This document shows positions 1-11,471 of a stretch of DNA of 64,000 nt, one piece after another. The stretch covers positions 992,001 to 1,056,000 of the forward strand of contig BCGN01000002.1 of the NCBI GenBank assembly GCA_001599295.1, given 5' to 3'. The position numbers were made by a program, and so were the translations under genes. This stretch comes from Sporopachydermia quercuum. Lineage: Eukaryota. The first letter of the stretch is position 1, and each line of letters opens with the position of its first letter. The notes beneath the pieces were generated by a model that searched no databases, was not told the origin of the DNA, and saw only the letters and a list, made by a program, of their open reading frames with translations.

Positions 1-408
1 TGTTCAGAAGCAGAATTCACTCAAATCAATCCTATTCCTGGTTCAACTTGTGGTGAATATTTGAATGATTTCATTAATGAATATGGTGGTTATCTCCAGG
101 ATGAAAATGTTACTGCTCCCGACTTGTGTATGTACTGCGCGTACACTAATCAAGCAGCCCCAATGCAAGAATTCAACATCCACTGGACCTATAGATGGAG
201 AAATTTCGGTTTCTTCTGGGTTTACATTGGCTTCAATTTTGCTGCAATGTTGGGATGTTACTACTTATTCAGAGTTAAGGTATGGAATGTCAAGGCAATT
301 TTGGATATTAAGAATTGGTTCAATGGACCTAAGAAAGATCGTCATGAAAAGGATACCACTATTTTCCAAGCTAAGCCTGGTGATGACAAGGTAGTTAAGA
401 CTGCTTGA
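1..408 (+). CDS. PDR12: 3' end of a PDR-family ABC transporter, Pdr12-like (partial; frame open from base 1)
   Basis: Frame from base 1 reads CSEAEF..PIPGSTCGEYL..GGYL..C.YC..RWRNFG.FWVYIGFN (PDR ECL6/TM12). The tail WFNGPKKDRHEKDTTIFQ closely resembles the Pdr12 C-terminus as recalled. Confidence 0.85.
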   Translation, partial: CSEAEFTQINPIPGSTCGEYLNDFINEYGGYLQDENVTAPDLCMYCAYTNQAAPMQEFNIHWTYRWRNFGFFWVYIGFNFAAMLGCYYLFRVKVWNVKAILDIKNWFNGPKKDRHEKDTTIFQAKPGDDKVVKTA

Positions 409-1192
409 ACTGACTTGTTGATTTGATCAACCAGTTTTATATTCCTTTCATTATACAAAATTCAATATTTTAGAATCAAGCAAGCATGAATNTAATTCTG
501 CTTATACCACTATACCTTTCAGTTCATGGTTATCTTGATTATTTGGTTAAATTTCGATTGAGTACCAATCGGTAAGTTCAACTAGCATCTATTTAACTAC
601 ATCTTCATAATATTTATTTGTTCCCTCATTTCCTTTACTTTANTTTACTAATAATTGATTACTATTGATCTTATTAATTGTTTGGGCTTGGTTTTTGTTT
701 TTAGACATTATATATTTTCAATTAATACCAACCATGGTGTTTATTATAAACTAAGATATCGTAATGGTAGGAACCTTCAGAAAAAATGGANATGAAATGA
801 ATACCTTCAAAAAGATACGAGAAAAATATTCAAATAAAGTTCAAACAGGGTATTACTATGTAAGTTAAGGTTCAAGAGTTTGAATAGTGCGAAGTGAAAG
901 GATCAATTGAATAGAATGAAATTTTGATATCATATTGAATAAAGGAAAACGAGCCGGAAAGTATCGTAACATCTTTAATTTGGCCGCTGGATATAGTATA
1001 TGCTTAAAGCAATAAATGCAACCTACATTCATTTTCTTGTACATTAACGAGTATGTTTTTCCTTGTTCTCTTATAACTCAACTTCAAATAATAAACCAAA
1101 AAATATCGAGAAAGTAATAGAACCCAATAAAAATTGGCCAGGTTTCCTTCAGCCTTATATTCAGGAACATTTTTGAAGCAATCATGTAATCC

Positions 1193-1957
1193 TTATTTTG
1201 CAGTAAAGCCACCAGAGCAGAAAATGGTTTGCCCAGTAATCCATCCACCTTCAGATACTAAAAATCTGATAATTGGGACAATATCGTTGATCTCTGTTAA
1301 CCGACCTCCTAAACCTATACTCTTGTAAAATTGAATATCAGAATCTTCTTCTTGACCATAAAGAAATGGAGTATCCATTGGGCCAGGTGCCACGCAGTTG
1401 CAAGAAATAAGCTTTGATTTCAATTCGTGGGAAGCTGCCTTCGAGAAATATTCAACTGGGGCCTTGGATCCCTGATAGATGCCATAGAAAGGAGTATAAG
1501 CAGCCAGTAAAGATGTAACTAGAGAGACAATACGACCTCCTTCATTCAATGTTTTACCTGCCTCTTGGATGAAGAAGAAGGCAACCTTAGTGTTGACAGT
1601 GGTCATAGTATCATACTCTTCTTCTGAGACTTCAGTAACAGGTTTCTTCAAAACCATACCAATATTATTGATTGCAATATCTAAAGAGCCCAACTCGGAA
1701 ACTGCTTTCTCAAAAAGGGTCTTGACATCTTTAGCAGAAACTAATGATGCTTGATACAGTTTAACTGTAACGTTACTGGCAGAAGCTAATTCTTCGGCAA
1801 ACTTCTCGGCANCTGAAGTATCTTTCGATGAGTGATAATGAAGAAAAAGATTGGCACCTTTGGATGCTAACTCCTGTGCTGTAGCAGCACCAAGGTTCTT
1901 GGTACCACCAGTAATAATAACATTCTTTCCAGTTAATGGTAAGTTAGAGTCGTACAT
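1193..1957 (-). CDS. Short-chain dehydrogenase/reductase, resembling the bacterial PRK12744-type family
   Basis: TGGTKNLG Rossmann motif, INNIG, catalytic YQGSK, VAPGPMDTPF, WITGQT; intronless, 254 aa. Confidence 0.93.
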   Translation of the reverse strand: MYDSNLPLTGKNVIITGGTKNLGAATAQELASKGANLFLHYHSSKDTSXAEKFAEELASASNVTVKLYQASLVSAKDVKTLFEKAVSELGSLDIAINNIGMVLKKPVTEVSEEEYDTMTTVNTKVAFFFIQEAGKTLNEGGRIVSLVTSLLAAYTPFYGIYQGSKAPVEYFSKAASHELKSKLISCNCVAPGPMDTPFLYGQEEDSDIQFYKSIGLGGRLTEINDIVPIIRFLVSEGGWITGQTIFCSGGFTAK

Positions 1958-2739
1958 TTTGTTTTAGTGTTCTGTTGTAAGGAGAAGTATTAGATTATTC
2001 GACTGACAATGAGCAGTTAGTACGTTAGTTATCTCAGACAACTACTGATCTTTCGATTCTGTTATTAGTTAAATAGTTAGCTAGGATCAAGATTCAATAA
2101 GTACCAAGGAAGCTGTTGAACTGCTATTTATACCTTTTGTTCAGCAAGTGTATCTGTGTTATTCACCAACTTCTGGATTTAATGATTAGGTAGTTAGTGA
2201 AACTTTATTTTTAGTTTCTCTGTTTTGACAGCTTGTAAATACTGGTTGAGAACTTTAGTTGAAACTTTAATTGACCAGTTAGATGGTATGAGAAAGATAA
2301 GTATAGATGGGCAATATATCGTCTNAAATATCTCAAAAAGAGTATTTTAATCTTTAATTTCAGCTACCAAAAAATTTATGCTGTTTTTGTGAAGTAGTTG
2401 ATTCTTGTTGATACCTTCTAAACAGAAATTCGAAGCAAATAGAACTAATTAAGTTAAGCTTTGACAATCTCAGATAAAGTTCTTTCTGAAGACTAACTCA
2501 TTGAACCTTATTTATTTTTTGATTACTGCGAAGGATTTAAGGGAAAGAAATCCTACAGGTCAATTCAATTCCTCCCTGCTGCATTTTCTATAGAATAGGT
2601 TTAATGAAAACAATTTCACTTGAAAAAAGAGTTTAGCGCCATCCCCATTATTTGATTATTTCTTCGGTGTTCATACTTGTAATTTATCGTGAGCTAAATC
2701 AATAGCCGCTCTCCGTTGTTCTTCTGTCTCCTTTTCTTC

Positions 2740-2805
2740 TCCGCGGAATGCTTGATGTTGTAATCAGTAAATGATTACACCCCGGAGCTCACATCTTTTC
2801 GCGGA
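2740..2805. promoter_or_regulatory. PDRE-type Zn2Cys6 sites and an inverted repeat in the SDR/GUS1 divergent promoter
   Basis: TCCGCGGA at 2740-2747; TTCGCGGA at 2798-2805; TGTAATCA-N5-TGATTACA at 2759-2779. Confidence 0.45.
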
Positions 2806-3518
2806 CAAAAAGGATTTAAAGACGAGCGGATGATCTTGTTTTATTTGAGTTTNTGAAATCGCTGATGTAATTAAAAACTTACATAAGCAAGCAATAAGTT
2901 TATTCTGAAGGATTTAACTTGTGAGTGAATAAAGTAAAATTAAAGCCTGTCTTTACGACTAATCTTCTTAACTGAGTTCTTNCCATCTCCCTTTTCTTCT
3001 CTGCACCTCCATCAATTCCCTCATACTAAGCTCTTCCTATCTATAAGTCTCGTCCCAAACGCGATTTCGGAATTAATACCACATTCTATTTAGTCCTTAC
3101 TTCACAAACTTGTCGTTAGATCATTGAGGAATATGAAGTGTCCGGATTTGACTCGTGCGAAGGACAACGTAGAACAATGCAATATGTGGTAGAGTTCATT
3201 ACAATAGTATTCCACAAAAGAACACCATCATATCACATGATGTAACCGGACATTTACTATTTTTCAAGTTTCAATTGCCAAATTAGCTATTACCTCCATT
3301 TATCTCTCGGATGTCCTTCCAGATTATTTCCGAAATAATTTTCATTCATCTTTTCCNGCTAAGAAAAAATGTCTACGCACCAACACATATAGTTGTNTAC
3401 CTTTTTCCCATCTTCTATATCATGTATTCAACCGAATGTTTTTATTTCTACCAAAAACACACTTTGGTTATCTCCAATTTATTTAGGTAACAAATACTGT
3501 CTACCATAGCATACAATC

Positions 3519-5723
3519 ATGTCTGAGTTCACTCTTACTGTTGCTGCTAAAGCTCCTCAAGTAGCATATCCTTCTTTGATTGCTGCTTCCTTCATCACCG
3601 CTGATGAAAATTCTGGCGATATTGTCAACATCAAATACGTCGACGATAAGCAAGTTGCTTCTGATGTTAAAGGTTCCGTTGTTGAATTCAAAGATGGTGA
3701 TTTGGCCTCTTCTATCTACATCGAAACAGAATTCTTCAAGTATTTAGTTGCCAAATACAGTTCCTTGTTCATTGGTAACAAGAATCCATCTGATATCGAA
3801 GAATGGATTTCTTACGCTGCAGACAACTTTTGTGTCAAGGATTTCAAGAAAATTTCCGTTGCTTTAGAGAAGTTTGAAAGTCACCTCAACTTCCGCAGTT
3901 TTGTTGTTGGATACTCTGTATCTTTGGCCGATATTGTGGCCTGGGGTATTCTTAGATCTAATGCTGTCGTAGCATCTGTTGTTAAGAATGGTACTTTTGT
4001 TAATATTTCCCGTTGGTATCTCTTCTTGGAAGCTGATTTCCGATTTGGTGGCGTTGTTGAGGCTATGTCTAAATCCGTGATTGAATTACGTAAAGCTAGT
4101 AAACAAGGACAGAAGAAGGAATCAAAAGCCAGTTTCGATATCGACTTAATTGGTGCTGAAGAAGGTAAAGTTGTTACTCGTTTTCCCCCCGAACCAAGTG
4201 GATATCTTCATATCGGACACGCTAAAGCTGCTGTTCTCAATCAGTACTTCGCCGAAATGTATAAAGGTAAACTCATCATTCGTTTTGATGATACTAACCC
4301 AAATAAGGAAAAAGAGGAATATCAAGACGCCATTCTTGAAGATTTAGAACTATTAGGAATCAAAGGTGACAAAATTACCTACTCCTCTGACTATTTCCAA
4401 ACAATGTATGAATACGCTATTCAAATGATCAAAGAAGGTAAAGCTTACTGTGACGATACTCCTCAAGAACAAATGAGATTTGAAAGAGGTGAAGGTATTC
4501 CATCTAAGAGAAGAGATAGAAGTGTTGAAGAGAATCTTAAGATGTTCACAGAAGAAATGTTCAATGGTACTGAAGAGGGCTTGAAAAATTGCTTAAGGGC
4601 TAAAATCTCTGTAGATGCTGGCAATAAAACATTACGTGATCCTGTTATCTACAGATGCAATTTGACTCCTCATCATAGAACTGGTACAACTTGGAAGATT
4701 TATCCTACTTATGATTTCTGCGTTCCATTGGTTGATTCTATTGAAGGAGTTACTCATGCTTTACGTACTATCGAGTATAGAGATAGAAATGCTCAATATG
4801 ATTGGATGCTTAAAGCTCTCCATTTAAGAAAAGTTCATGTTTGGGATTTCTCAAGAGTCAACTTTGTCAGAACATTGTTATCTAAGAGAAAACTTCAATG
4901 GTTTGTTGATAAAGGATATGTCAGTAATTGGGATGATCCTAGGTTCCCTACTGTCCGTGGTGTTAGACGAAGAGGAATGTCTGTTGAAGGTTTACGTAAC
5001 TTCATCATTTCGCAAGGTCCTTCTAGAAATATNTTGAATTTGGATTGGAATCTTATCTGGGCTATTAATAAGAAAGTTATTGATCCTATTTCCCCTAGGT
5101 ATTCTTGTGTTTATGCTGATAATGTTGTGAAAATCACTATTATTGATGGACCTGAACCTGCAGTTACTGAAGAGAAACCAAAACATAAGAAGAATGCTGA
5201 TTTAGGTTCTAAGCCTGTTGTTTACTCTAAGCATATTCTTCTTGATCAAGATGATGCTGTGAATCTTGATGATAATGAAGAAATCACTCTTATGGATTGG
5301 GGGAATGCCATTGTTACTAAGATCGAAAAGAATGATAATGGTGCTATTACTGCTGTTGAATTAAAACTTCATTTAGAAGGTGATTTTAAGACTACTTCCA
5401 AGAAGCTTACTTGGATTGCCGATACTAAGGNAAACGTTCCTCTTGATTTAGTTGATTTCGATCATTTGATTACTAAAGATAAGTTGGAAGAAGGCGACAA
5501 TTTCGAAGATTTCCTAACTCCTCAAACCGAATTCCATACTCCTGCTATCGGTGATGCCAATATTGCTAAATTGAAAGAAGGTGATGTTATTCAATTCGAA
5601 CGTAAAGGCTACTATCGCTTGGATAAGCCTTATGATCCATCTATTGAGGGTTCAAAGGCTGTTTTTTTTACTATTCCTGATGGAAAGTCTGTTCAAAGAT
5701 ATGGAGCTAAGCCCAAGGCCTAA
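3519..5723 (+). CDS. GUS1: Cytosolic glutamyl-tRNA synthetase
   Basis: GST-like N-terminus, VVTRFPPEPSGYLHIGHAKA (HIGH motif), RFDDTNP, LSKRKL, QFERKGYY. Confidence 0.98.
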   Translation: MSEFTLTVAAKAPQVAYPSLIAASFITADENSGDIVNIKYVDDKQVASDVKGSVVEFKDGDLASSIYIETEFFKYLVAKYSSLFIGNKNPSDIEEWISYAADNFCVKDFKKISVALEKFESHLNFRSFVVGYSVSLADIVAWGILRSNAVVASVVKNGTFVNISRWYLFLEADFRFGGVVEAMSKSVIELRKASKQGQKKESKASFDIDLIGAEEGKVVTRFPPEPSGYLHIGHAKAAVLNQYFAEMYKGKLIIRFDDTNPNKEKEEYQDAILEDLELLGIKGDKITYSSDYFQTMYEYAIQMIKEGKAYCDDTPQEQMRFERGEGIPSKRRDRSVEENLKMFTEEMFNGTEEGLKNCLRAKISVDAGNKTLRDPVIYRCNLTPHHRTGTTWKIYPTYDFCVPLVDSIEGVTHALRTIEYRDRNAQYDWMLKALHLRKVHVWDFSRVNFVRTLLSKRKLQWFVDKGYVSNWDDPRFPTVRGVRRRGMSVEGLRNFIISQGPSRNXLNLDWNLIWAINKKVIDPISPRYSCVYADNVVKITIIDGPEPAVTEEKPKHKKNADLGSKPVVYSKHILLDQDDAVNLDDNEEITLMDWGNAIVTKIEKNDNGAITAVELKLHLEGDFKTTSKKLTWIADTKXNVPLDLVDFDHLITKDKLEEGDNFEDFLTPQTEFHTPAIGDANIAKLKEGDVIQFERKGYYRLDKPYDPSIEGSKAVFFTIPDGKSVQRYGAKPKA

Positions 5724-6137
5724 ATTAGTGATGATGTATAGAATGTTGGTAATTGAACATGACACGAGACATTTATATCGTGTTTCGATAGTAGAGATTT
5801 CAGTAGTACTTAGTGACACTATTATTTACTTCGAACAAAGTGTTCATGTAGTAATAGTATTAGTATCAAGACTACATACTCTATTCTATTATGAAAATAA
5901 CATAAATCTTCTACCATCATTAGTTTCTATTATACAGTCTCTCTAACGACATGAGACGAACTTGACAACAAGTAATGTGATCAAAATAATATAGCGGAGC
6001 ACCCCGCCCCCTCCCCCCGTAATTCATATATCAGATTAAAAGAACCTGATTATTAGATTTCACTTATTATACATATCATGCATGCATTCATTCATTCAGT
6101 AATCGACTCGTTTTATTGCAAATTCAATCAATTCAAG

Positions 6138-8134
6138 TTATCTCCTTTTGGATTGCATTCTCTTTCTGTTATATGCATTCTTAGTACTATTCTTAGTACT
6201 CGTCTTTGTTGTAGTTGTCTCTTCGCTAGTATTGACATCAACATATTGCTGTGTCCCAATTTCTGTCCCAGTTTGTGTTCCTAAACCCATTGCACCCATC
6301 ATAGTATAAGTATTCTGTGTCTGTTGTATTATCTGCTGGAATCCTTGTACTGATTGTTGAACTGGTACTGTTAATGACCCATTATTACCTAAACTATTAA
6401 ACTGAGGAATCAACGATGAATTATTAATAGCCATTGGAACAAGTTGAAATGATATCGGAAACTGTTGAAAGTTTGTTGGCAGTCCTTGTAGATTATTAGT
6501 TCCAATAAGTGCGTTGATAGCACTATTATTAGCATTATTAGTAGCACCATTAGCATTGGTAATATTATTGCTATTGTTTGTATAATTTGTTGGTAGAGGT
6601 AGTAGATTGCCTATTGGGAATTGTGATTGAGAAGTCGGTGGAAGTATTGAAGCTAATAACGAATTTCCTTCAATCTCTGAGCCATTGGGTAATTCTGTTT
6701 CTTCTCCCTCTTCGTCTTCGTCTTCGTCTGCAATTCCACTCTCAACTGAATATTTACTACTGTCTCTTTGTTCATACTCTGAATCACTGGCAGAATCAAC
6801 TTCAAATAGAGGATGTGCCATCCGTGAGTCTTGCTCTTCCTTACCATCGTCATTATAAAATACTTCTTCCGTAGCTTCTTCACTCAGAACTTCTGAAGCA
6901 TGAGCGCCTTGTGAATGAGTAATAGATGTTGGTTGTTTGGTAGCCTTCCTTGTAGATCGTTGTCTTTGCTTAGGAGCTGGTTTTGGCTTTGATTGAACTG
7001 TTTTGCTTGGCTTGAAGTTGCCGTCAGCAGGTTTCAATGTCCTCTTAGCATTTCTGACCTGCTCTGTTGTTTCACTCATCATTTTGCTATTTCCATTTCG
7101 TCTCCTATTGGGAGAACCACTAATCGGTTCATAATTATTCTCATAGTCATTATATCTAGTGTCATTCGTGTTACTATTAGGTCCGCGCTTGGCCTTTTCT
7201 TTGCTCTTTCCATTAACTATCGATCTTTGCGGCAACTCTTTGTTTCTANCCATTCCTAATTTCAATCTTTTATTAGACTGTGGTGTCATAGACGGTGATT
7301 TCTTTGAAAGTGTAGTTCCATTTACAGTGCTAGGTAAATTATTCTTTCTTTTATTTCCAATCGTCTTCCTTGCCNGNTGATCAGTCTTCTTATTATCCTG
7401 TGAATATGAATATGATTTATCTCTGATCTTTTTTGTTTCCGTTGTAGTAGTACCTTTCGTACCATTGNTTTTCTTATTAAGATGTTTATCCTTTTTCTTA
7501 TCGCCTTCGTTCGTGTCTACTTCATCATCCTGTATCTCATCTAGCAAACCACCATCGCTGAATATCCTATTTTTATTCACTATTGATACAATTGGTGATG
7601 ATGGTATTAAATCATAGTCATCTTCTTCATTTCTTCTCTGAAGTGAAAGTAATTTTTCACGTATACTCTTAGGTGTTGAAACATGAGTAGGACCGATTTT
7701 CTCTGGTGACTTTCTTAGTTGTTTCAAACGTTCTAATAATGGCGACGAGGATATATATGTTATTCCTGTAGATTTGTTCTTCGTTTTGGGACTTCTAAGA
7801 GTTGCTGAAGGAGTCATAAAGTTTTTATTCATTGTACTAGCTTTAGAATTGGTTTTACTAGAAATCCTGTTACCTTTAGAAGGTGCCACTAGGTCTAACA
7901 ATCCACCATCCCTCGGTAATTTATAAGACGACATTGAATATAATTCAGTATTAATAGTCCTATTTTTGAATGATTTGAATGAAGTAAATGATGGATTTGC
8001 TTTGGTTGGAGTTGAATATTGAGATGATGAGGAAGAGATTTGAGTCAATGATTTGTAATGTGATGAGAATGTTCGAATTGCTGATTTTGGTGTTGTTATT
8101 AATAAGTTATCAAAAGAGTCTTCAGCTAGTTCAA

Positions 8135-8169
<35 letters not shown>

Positions 8170-8741
8170 ATAGTAGAAGTGACAGATTTGCCCCTATTGA
8201 TAAGTTTTCTTGTTTCTTTAGTTGAAATTGACTTATCATGAACAGAAGAATGTGATGAATAGCTTTTGGTTCTATTAACACTTGTAGTAGAGCTTTTATT
8301 ATGTGTTTCTTTGATTATACTGGTAGTAGAGCTTTTATTGTGTACTTCTTTGATTCTTTTACCATTACTACTAATAGTAACATCGACACCACTTATGCTT
8401 TGTTGCTTTGATTTCACTTTAGTTATACTCTTTTTTGCCTTTAAACTGTTCTCCTGCCATAAATCGTCCGCTTCATAAGTCCATATATTACTCTCCGATG
8501 AGCTATTTATATCATCTAATGAAGTTAAGTGACCTCTATCAACAATGATTTCTCCTGATCTTAAGTCAATAACATCACCCTGATCTTCAATTCCATAAGA
8601 CGAGTATTTATCAATTATAGCCTCCCAAGTTGATTTTAGTCGTTCTGTAGATTTTCTATGTAGTTGATAAAAATCTTTAGCATCTGATATACTTTCAGTG
8701 CTATTGCGGATCCTCGGTTTGTCTCTTATGGTTAAGCTCAT
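6138..8741 (-). CDS. SCM3: CENP-A (Cse4) chaperone Scm3/HJURP-domain protein with a long low-complexity tail
   Basis: N-terminal RLKSTWEAIIDKY..EDQGDVIDLRSGEIIVDRGHL is the Scm3 domain signature. The rest is S/T/K/N/Q-rich. Confidence 0.85.
8135..8169. repeat. (GAT)n microsatellite encoding poly-Ser in Scm3
   Basis: Direct tandem trinucleotide run. Confidence 0.9.
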
Positions 8742-10046
8742 AATAGATTCATAATTAACAAGATATGTACAGTCATCACAAAATTCTTCGGTACCTTTAC
8801 TTGTGATGTACTTTATGTTGAGTTGATTGTAGTTGCGAAAGCGTTTATATTGTATCAGTTATACTAACTGTTTGATACGATTGTTGTTGTTATTGTTGCT
8901 AGTGCTATTTGATTTCTAGTATAGTCTCACCATTCTGAATATAAGATTGTGAATTTCTTATCCTACCGTTATTATTAATNCCCTTGTTGTAGTCTCAAGT
9001 ATGTCAGCTTCATCGGGTGATGTTAGTAAGCCCATTGAAATCTAGTGTTGACAACATCCCGACTTCTATTGTCATACACATCCTCCAAGTAACAGTAATA
9101 ACATCTAACAAATAATGTATATTGATAAGCGCATGCAGCTGAGCAGAATGTTTTTATATTGTGCCCAAAAACAATGCTGCCCCAAATCGCCTATTTAAGT
9201 CGGGGCAAGCATAATTGTGCATAATCTGTACGCTGAAACTAACATTGCATGAATCTAGCCAATCTACTCATCTTAATAGAAAGTAGAAATATAAAGAACG
9301 TAAAACCTTTGATTTATAGATGTCTTGTTTTAATATGTTGTTAATAGGAAAATATTCATGAAGTTACTCACATTTTGTAACTATTCCTATTCAATTGAAT
9401 TCTTGAATTTTCTTCCCTTGCAGAAAAATGCATAAACTCTACGTCAATTGTACATCTGTTCTGAACTTATTATCTGTTAGTTATCACCTACTCAGTAATT
9501 AATTAATTTGCAAATGACTTCACACTATCAAAGTCATGCAGTAATATGTACATATCTGCATAGGATAGTTANAAGGTATTTTGAATATATTAATTTTAGG
9601 GGAAGTTTACGCATATTTTGTACGGACCCAAAAGGATACAAATTTTCGGCCCACAAACGGTGCCCCGAATCGGCTATTTGTTCTGGGTCCCCACATTATT
9701 TCTTGTATTTCTCAACAATTACTATAATTACTTCTAATTCCCGTACGCAAATGGTTTGGATGAGGAGAAGTCCCGTTATAGATCATGTGATCTGGTACTA
9801 AGTTGCACTTGGATTACTCACTCTGGGACAGAAAAGAGATTTAAATGAGCAATTATTACAAGCAGTTTCTCAGACCACTCATCAGGGAGCAAGTTAACAT
9901 ACTATGAATCATTCTCTTAGTCGAAAGATTCAAAACAGAAGTACTTAAATAATAGGTTATTCTATGCATACCAATGATTCTATTTGTTTGATATTTTGTA
10001 TTTCATTAACTTTTGGTTAGTGAAGAATCAAAGAACAGTAAGGGAA

Positions 10047-10651
10047 ATGCAACCTGAGAATAACAGAAACCAGTCTGATATTGCAGATGACGACGATGAG
10101 CCCGATGAGTGGTAAGTAAAGGTGTGGGGATAAGCAATGTGGAATTGATTTTAATAAACACACTCAAATGGGTCCAAGCAAACAATAAATNGATGCTAAC
10201 TAGCAATTCTTGTTCCTTTTTTTGCCTTGTTAGGGACCAACGGATAATAAAAACTGGTTGCGCAGGTAAGTAGGACTTATTAGTAGCACTGTTCAGTTGC
10301 TAGCAATTCTATATATCATCATACGGAACACATGGTAGCCACCTTNTCTTTATGCTATGTACAACTGAACATCTAACAAAATCAAATTAGACGAGAATTT
10401 AAAACTACAGCTATGCCATGCTGATACTGGTGATTGGAGAAAATGCACTGAAGAAGTATGTTAAATCTATCGGGATCAGTAGTATCATTAATCAGCTCAA
10501 TTCATTAAGCAGTAAGCAAAGCAGAATCATAATTATACATTGTCATTCTAACTTTCCACAGATGAAAGCTTTTAAGGATTGTTGGGCTAAAAACTCGAAT
10601 AACGAAAGGACTCATACAAAAGATAACGCTGACGGTTCAACTGATCAATGA
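10047..10651 (+). CDS. COA4: Twin CX9C cytochrome c oxidase assembly factor Coa4; exons 10047-10111, 10234-10265, 10391-10455, 10562-10651 (83 aa)
   Basis: Spliced product MQPENNRNQSDIADDDDEPDEWDQRIIKTGCADENLKLQLCHADTGDWRKCTEEMKAFKDCWAKNSNNERTHTKD... has two CX9C motifs. Donors GTAAGT/GTAAGT/GTATGT, CTAAC branch sites and YAG acceptors keep the frame. Confidence 0.93.
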
Positions 10652-10856
10652 TAAAAATTTTGTTTTGACAAACTAGTTTCATCAACTAGAGAAGCAGCAT
10701 GCATATGGGAATGCGAAATACAGTTAACCCATTTTTTTTTTGTACATAAATTAATGAATGAGGCCATTGGGTAGAGTCTAGCTATGGCGATATATATGAA
10801 GATAAGGCATTGGAAATGCAAGGTAGAATAGGATAAGATAAGACAAGATAATAGAA

Positions 10857-11471
10857 CTAAAAGGTTAGGTCCTCATCAACCACTACAACACCTGTTGATC
10901 TTTCTTTCTCGCTTAGGTTATTAATAATGCTGAGATTCTCTTTCCTCGAAGATTCTGGAAGATTTGAAGTGGTGGAAGTGCTTTGTTCGCTATCTTGATT
11001 GTTTGGCTCAGTTTGAACGGAAATATTGATGGATTTGTCTTGTTTTTCATTTTTCTCATTCTGCTCATGCTCTTGTAACTTATGAGGTTTGTTGTTTTTG
11101 TTTGTCTTCTGCTTTATATTCTTTTGCATCCTCCTACGTCTGTTCTTTTCTGTCTTCTTCCTATCAAGTTCTTCCATGGCTTCTCTTCTTTTATTAAACT
11201 CTAACTCTTCTTGTTCCTTCCTTCTCTCTTCCTCTATCATCTTTCTGTTTTCAATTTCCTTCCTTCTGGCTTTTTTGTAGATATGGAAATCACCAGAGCC
11301 GGCTGCTGCTGAGGATCCCAGTACATTTTTCACAATGTCTGGTGGTTGGTGAGATTGAACTTTTGATGCTTCCTTTCGCTTCAAATCTACCGCCGCGAGA
11401 TATTTTTTAGGATTTTGAGAAAACTTTTCTATCAGCATCCTTTGTTGTGATACGGGATCATTTTTGGCCAT
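10857..11471 (-). CDS. PRKRIP1-like (DUF1168) spliceosomal exon-ligation factor
   Basis: PPDIVKNVLGSSAAAGSGDFHIYKKARRKE followed by a charged helix ending KTEKNRRRR. ATG at 11471 preferred over the track's TTG. Confidence 0.85.
   Translation of the reverse strand: MAKNDPVSQQRMLIEKFSQNPKKYLAAVDLKRKEASKVQSHQPPDIVKNVLGSSAAAGSGDFHIYKKARRKEIENRKMIEEERRKEQEELEFNKRREAMEELDRKKTEKNRRRRMQKNIKQKTNKNNKPHKLQEHEQNEKNEKQDKSINISVQTEPNNQDSEQSTSTTSNLPESSRKENLSIINNLSEKERSTGVVVVDEDLTF

Noticed and set aside
3369..3518. N-terminal (mitochondrial) extension of GUS1 from the in-frame ATG at 3369
   Set aside because: In-frame stops intervene (TAG after 7 codons and at 3507-3509).
9941..10020. Possible extra upstream COA4 intron ending TTAAC..TTAG
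   Set aside because: Only non-consensus donors (GTACTT/GTTATT); the ATG at 10047 already gives a complete protein.
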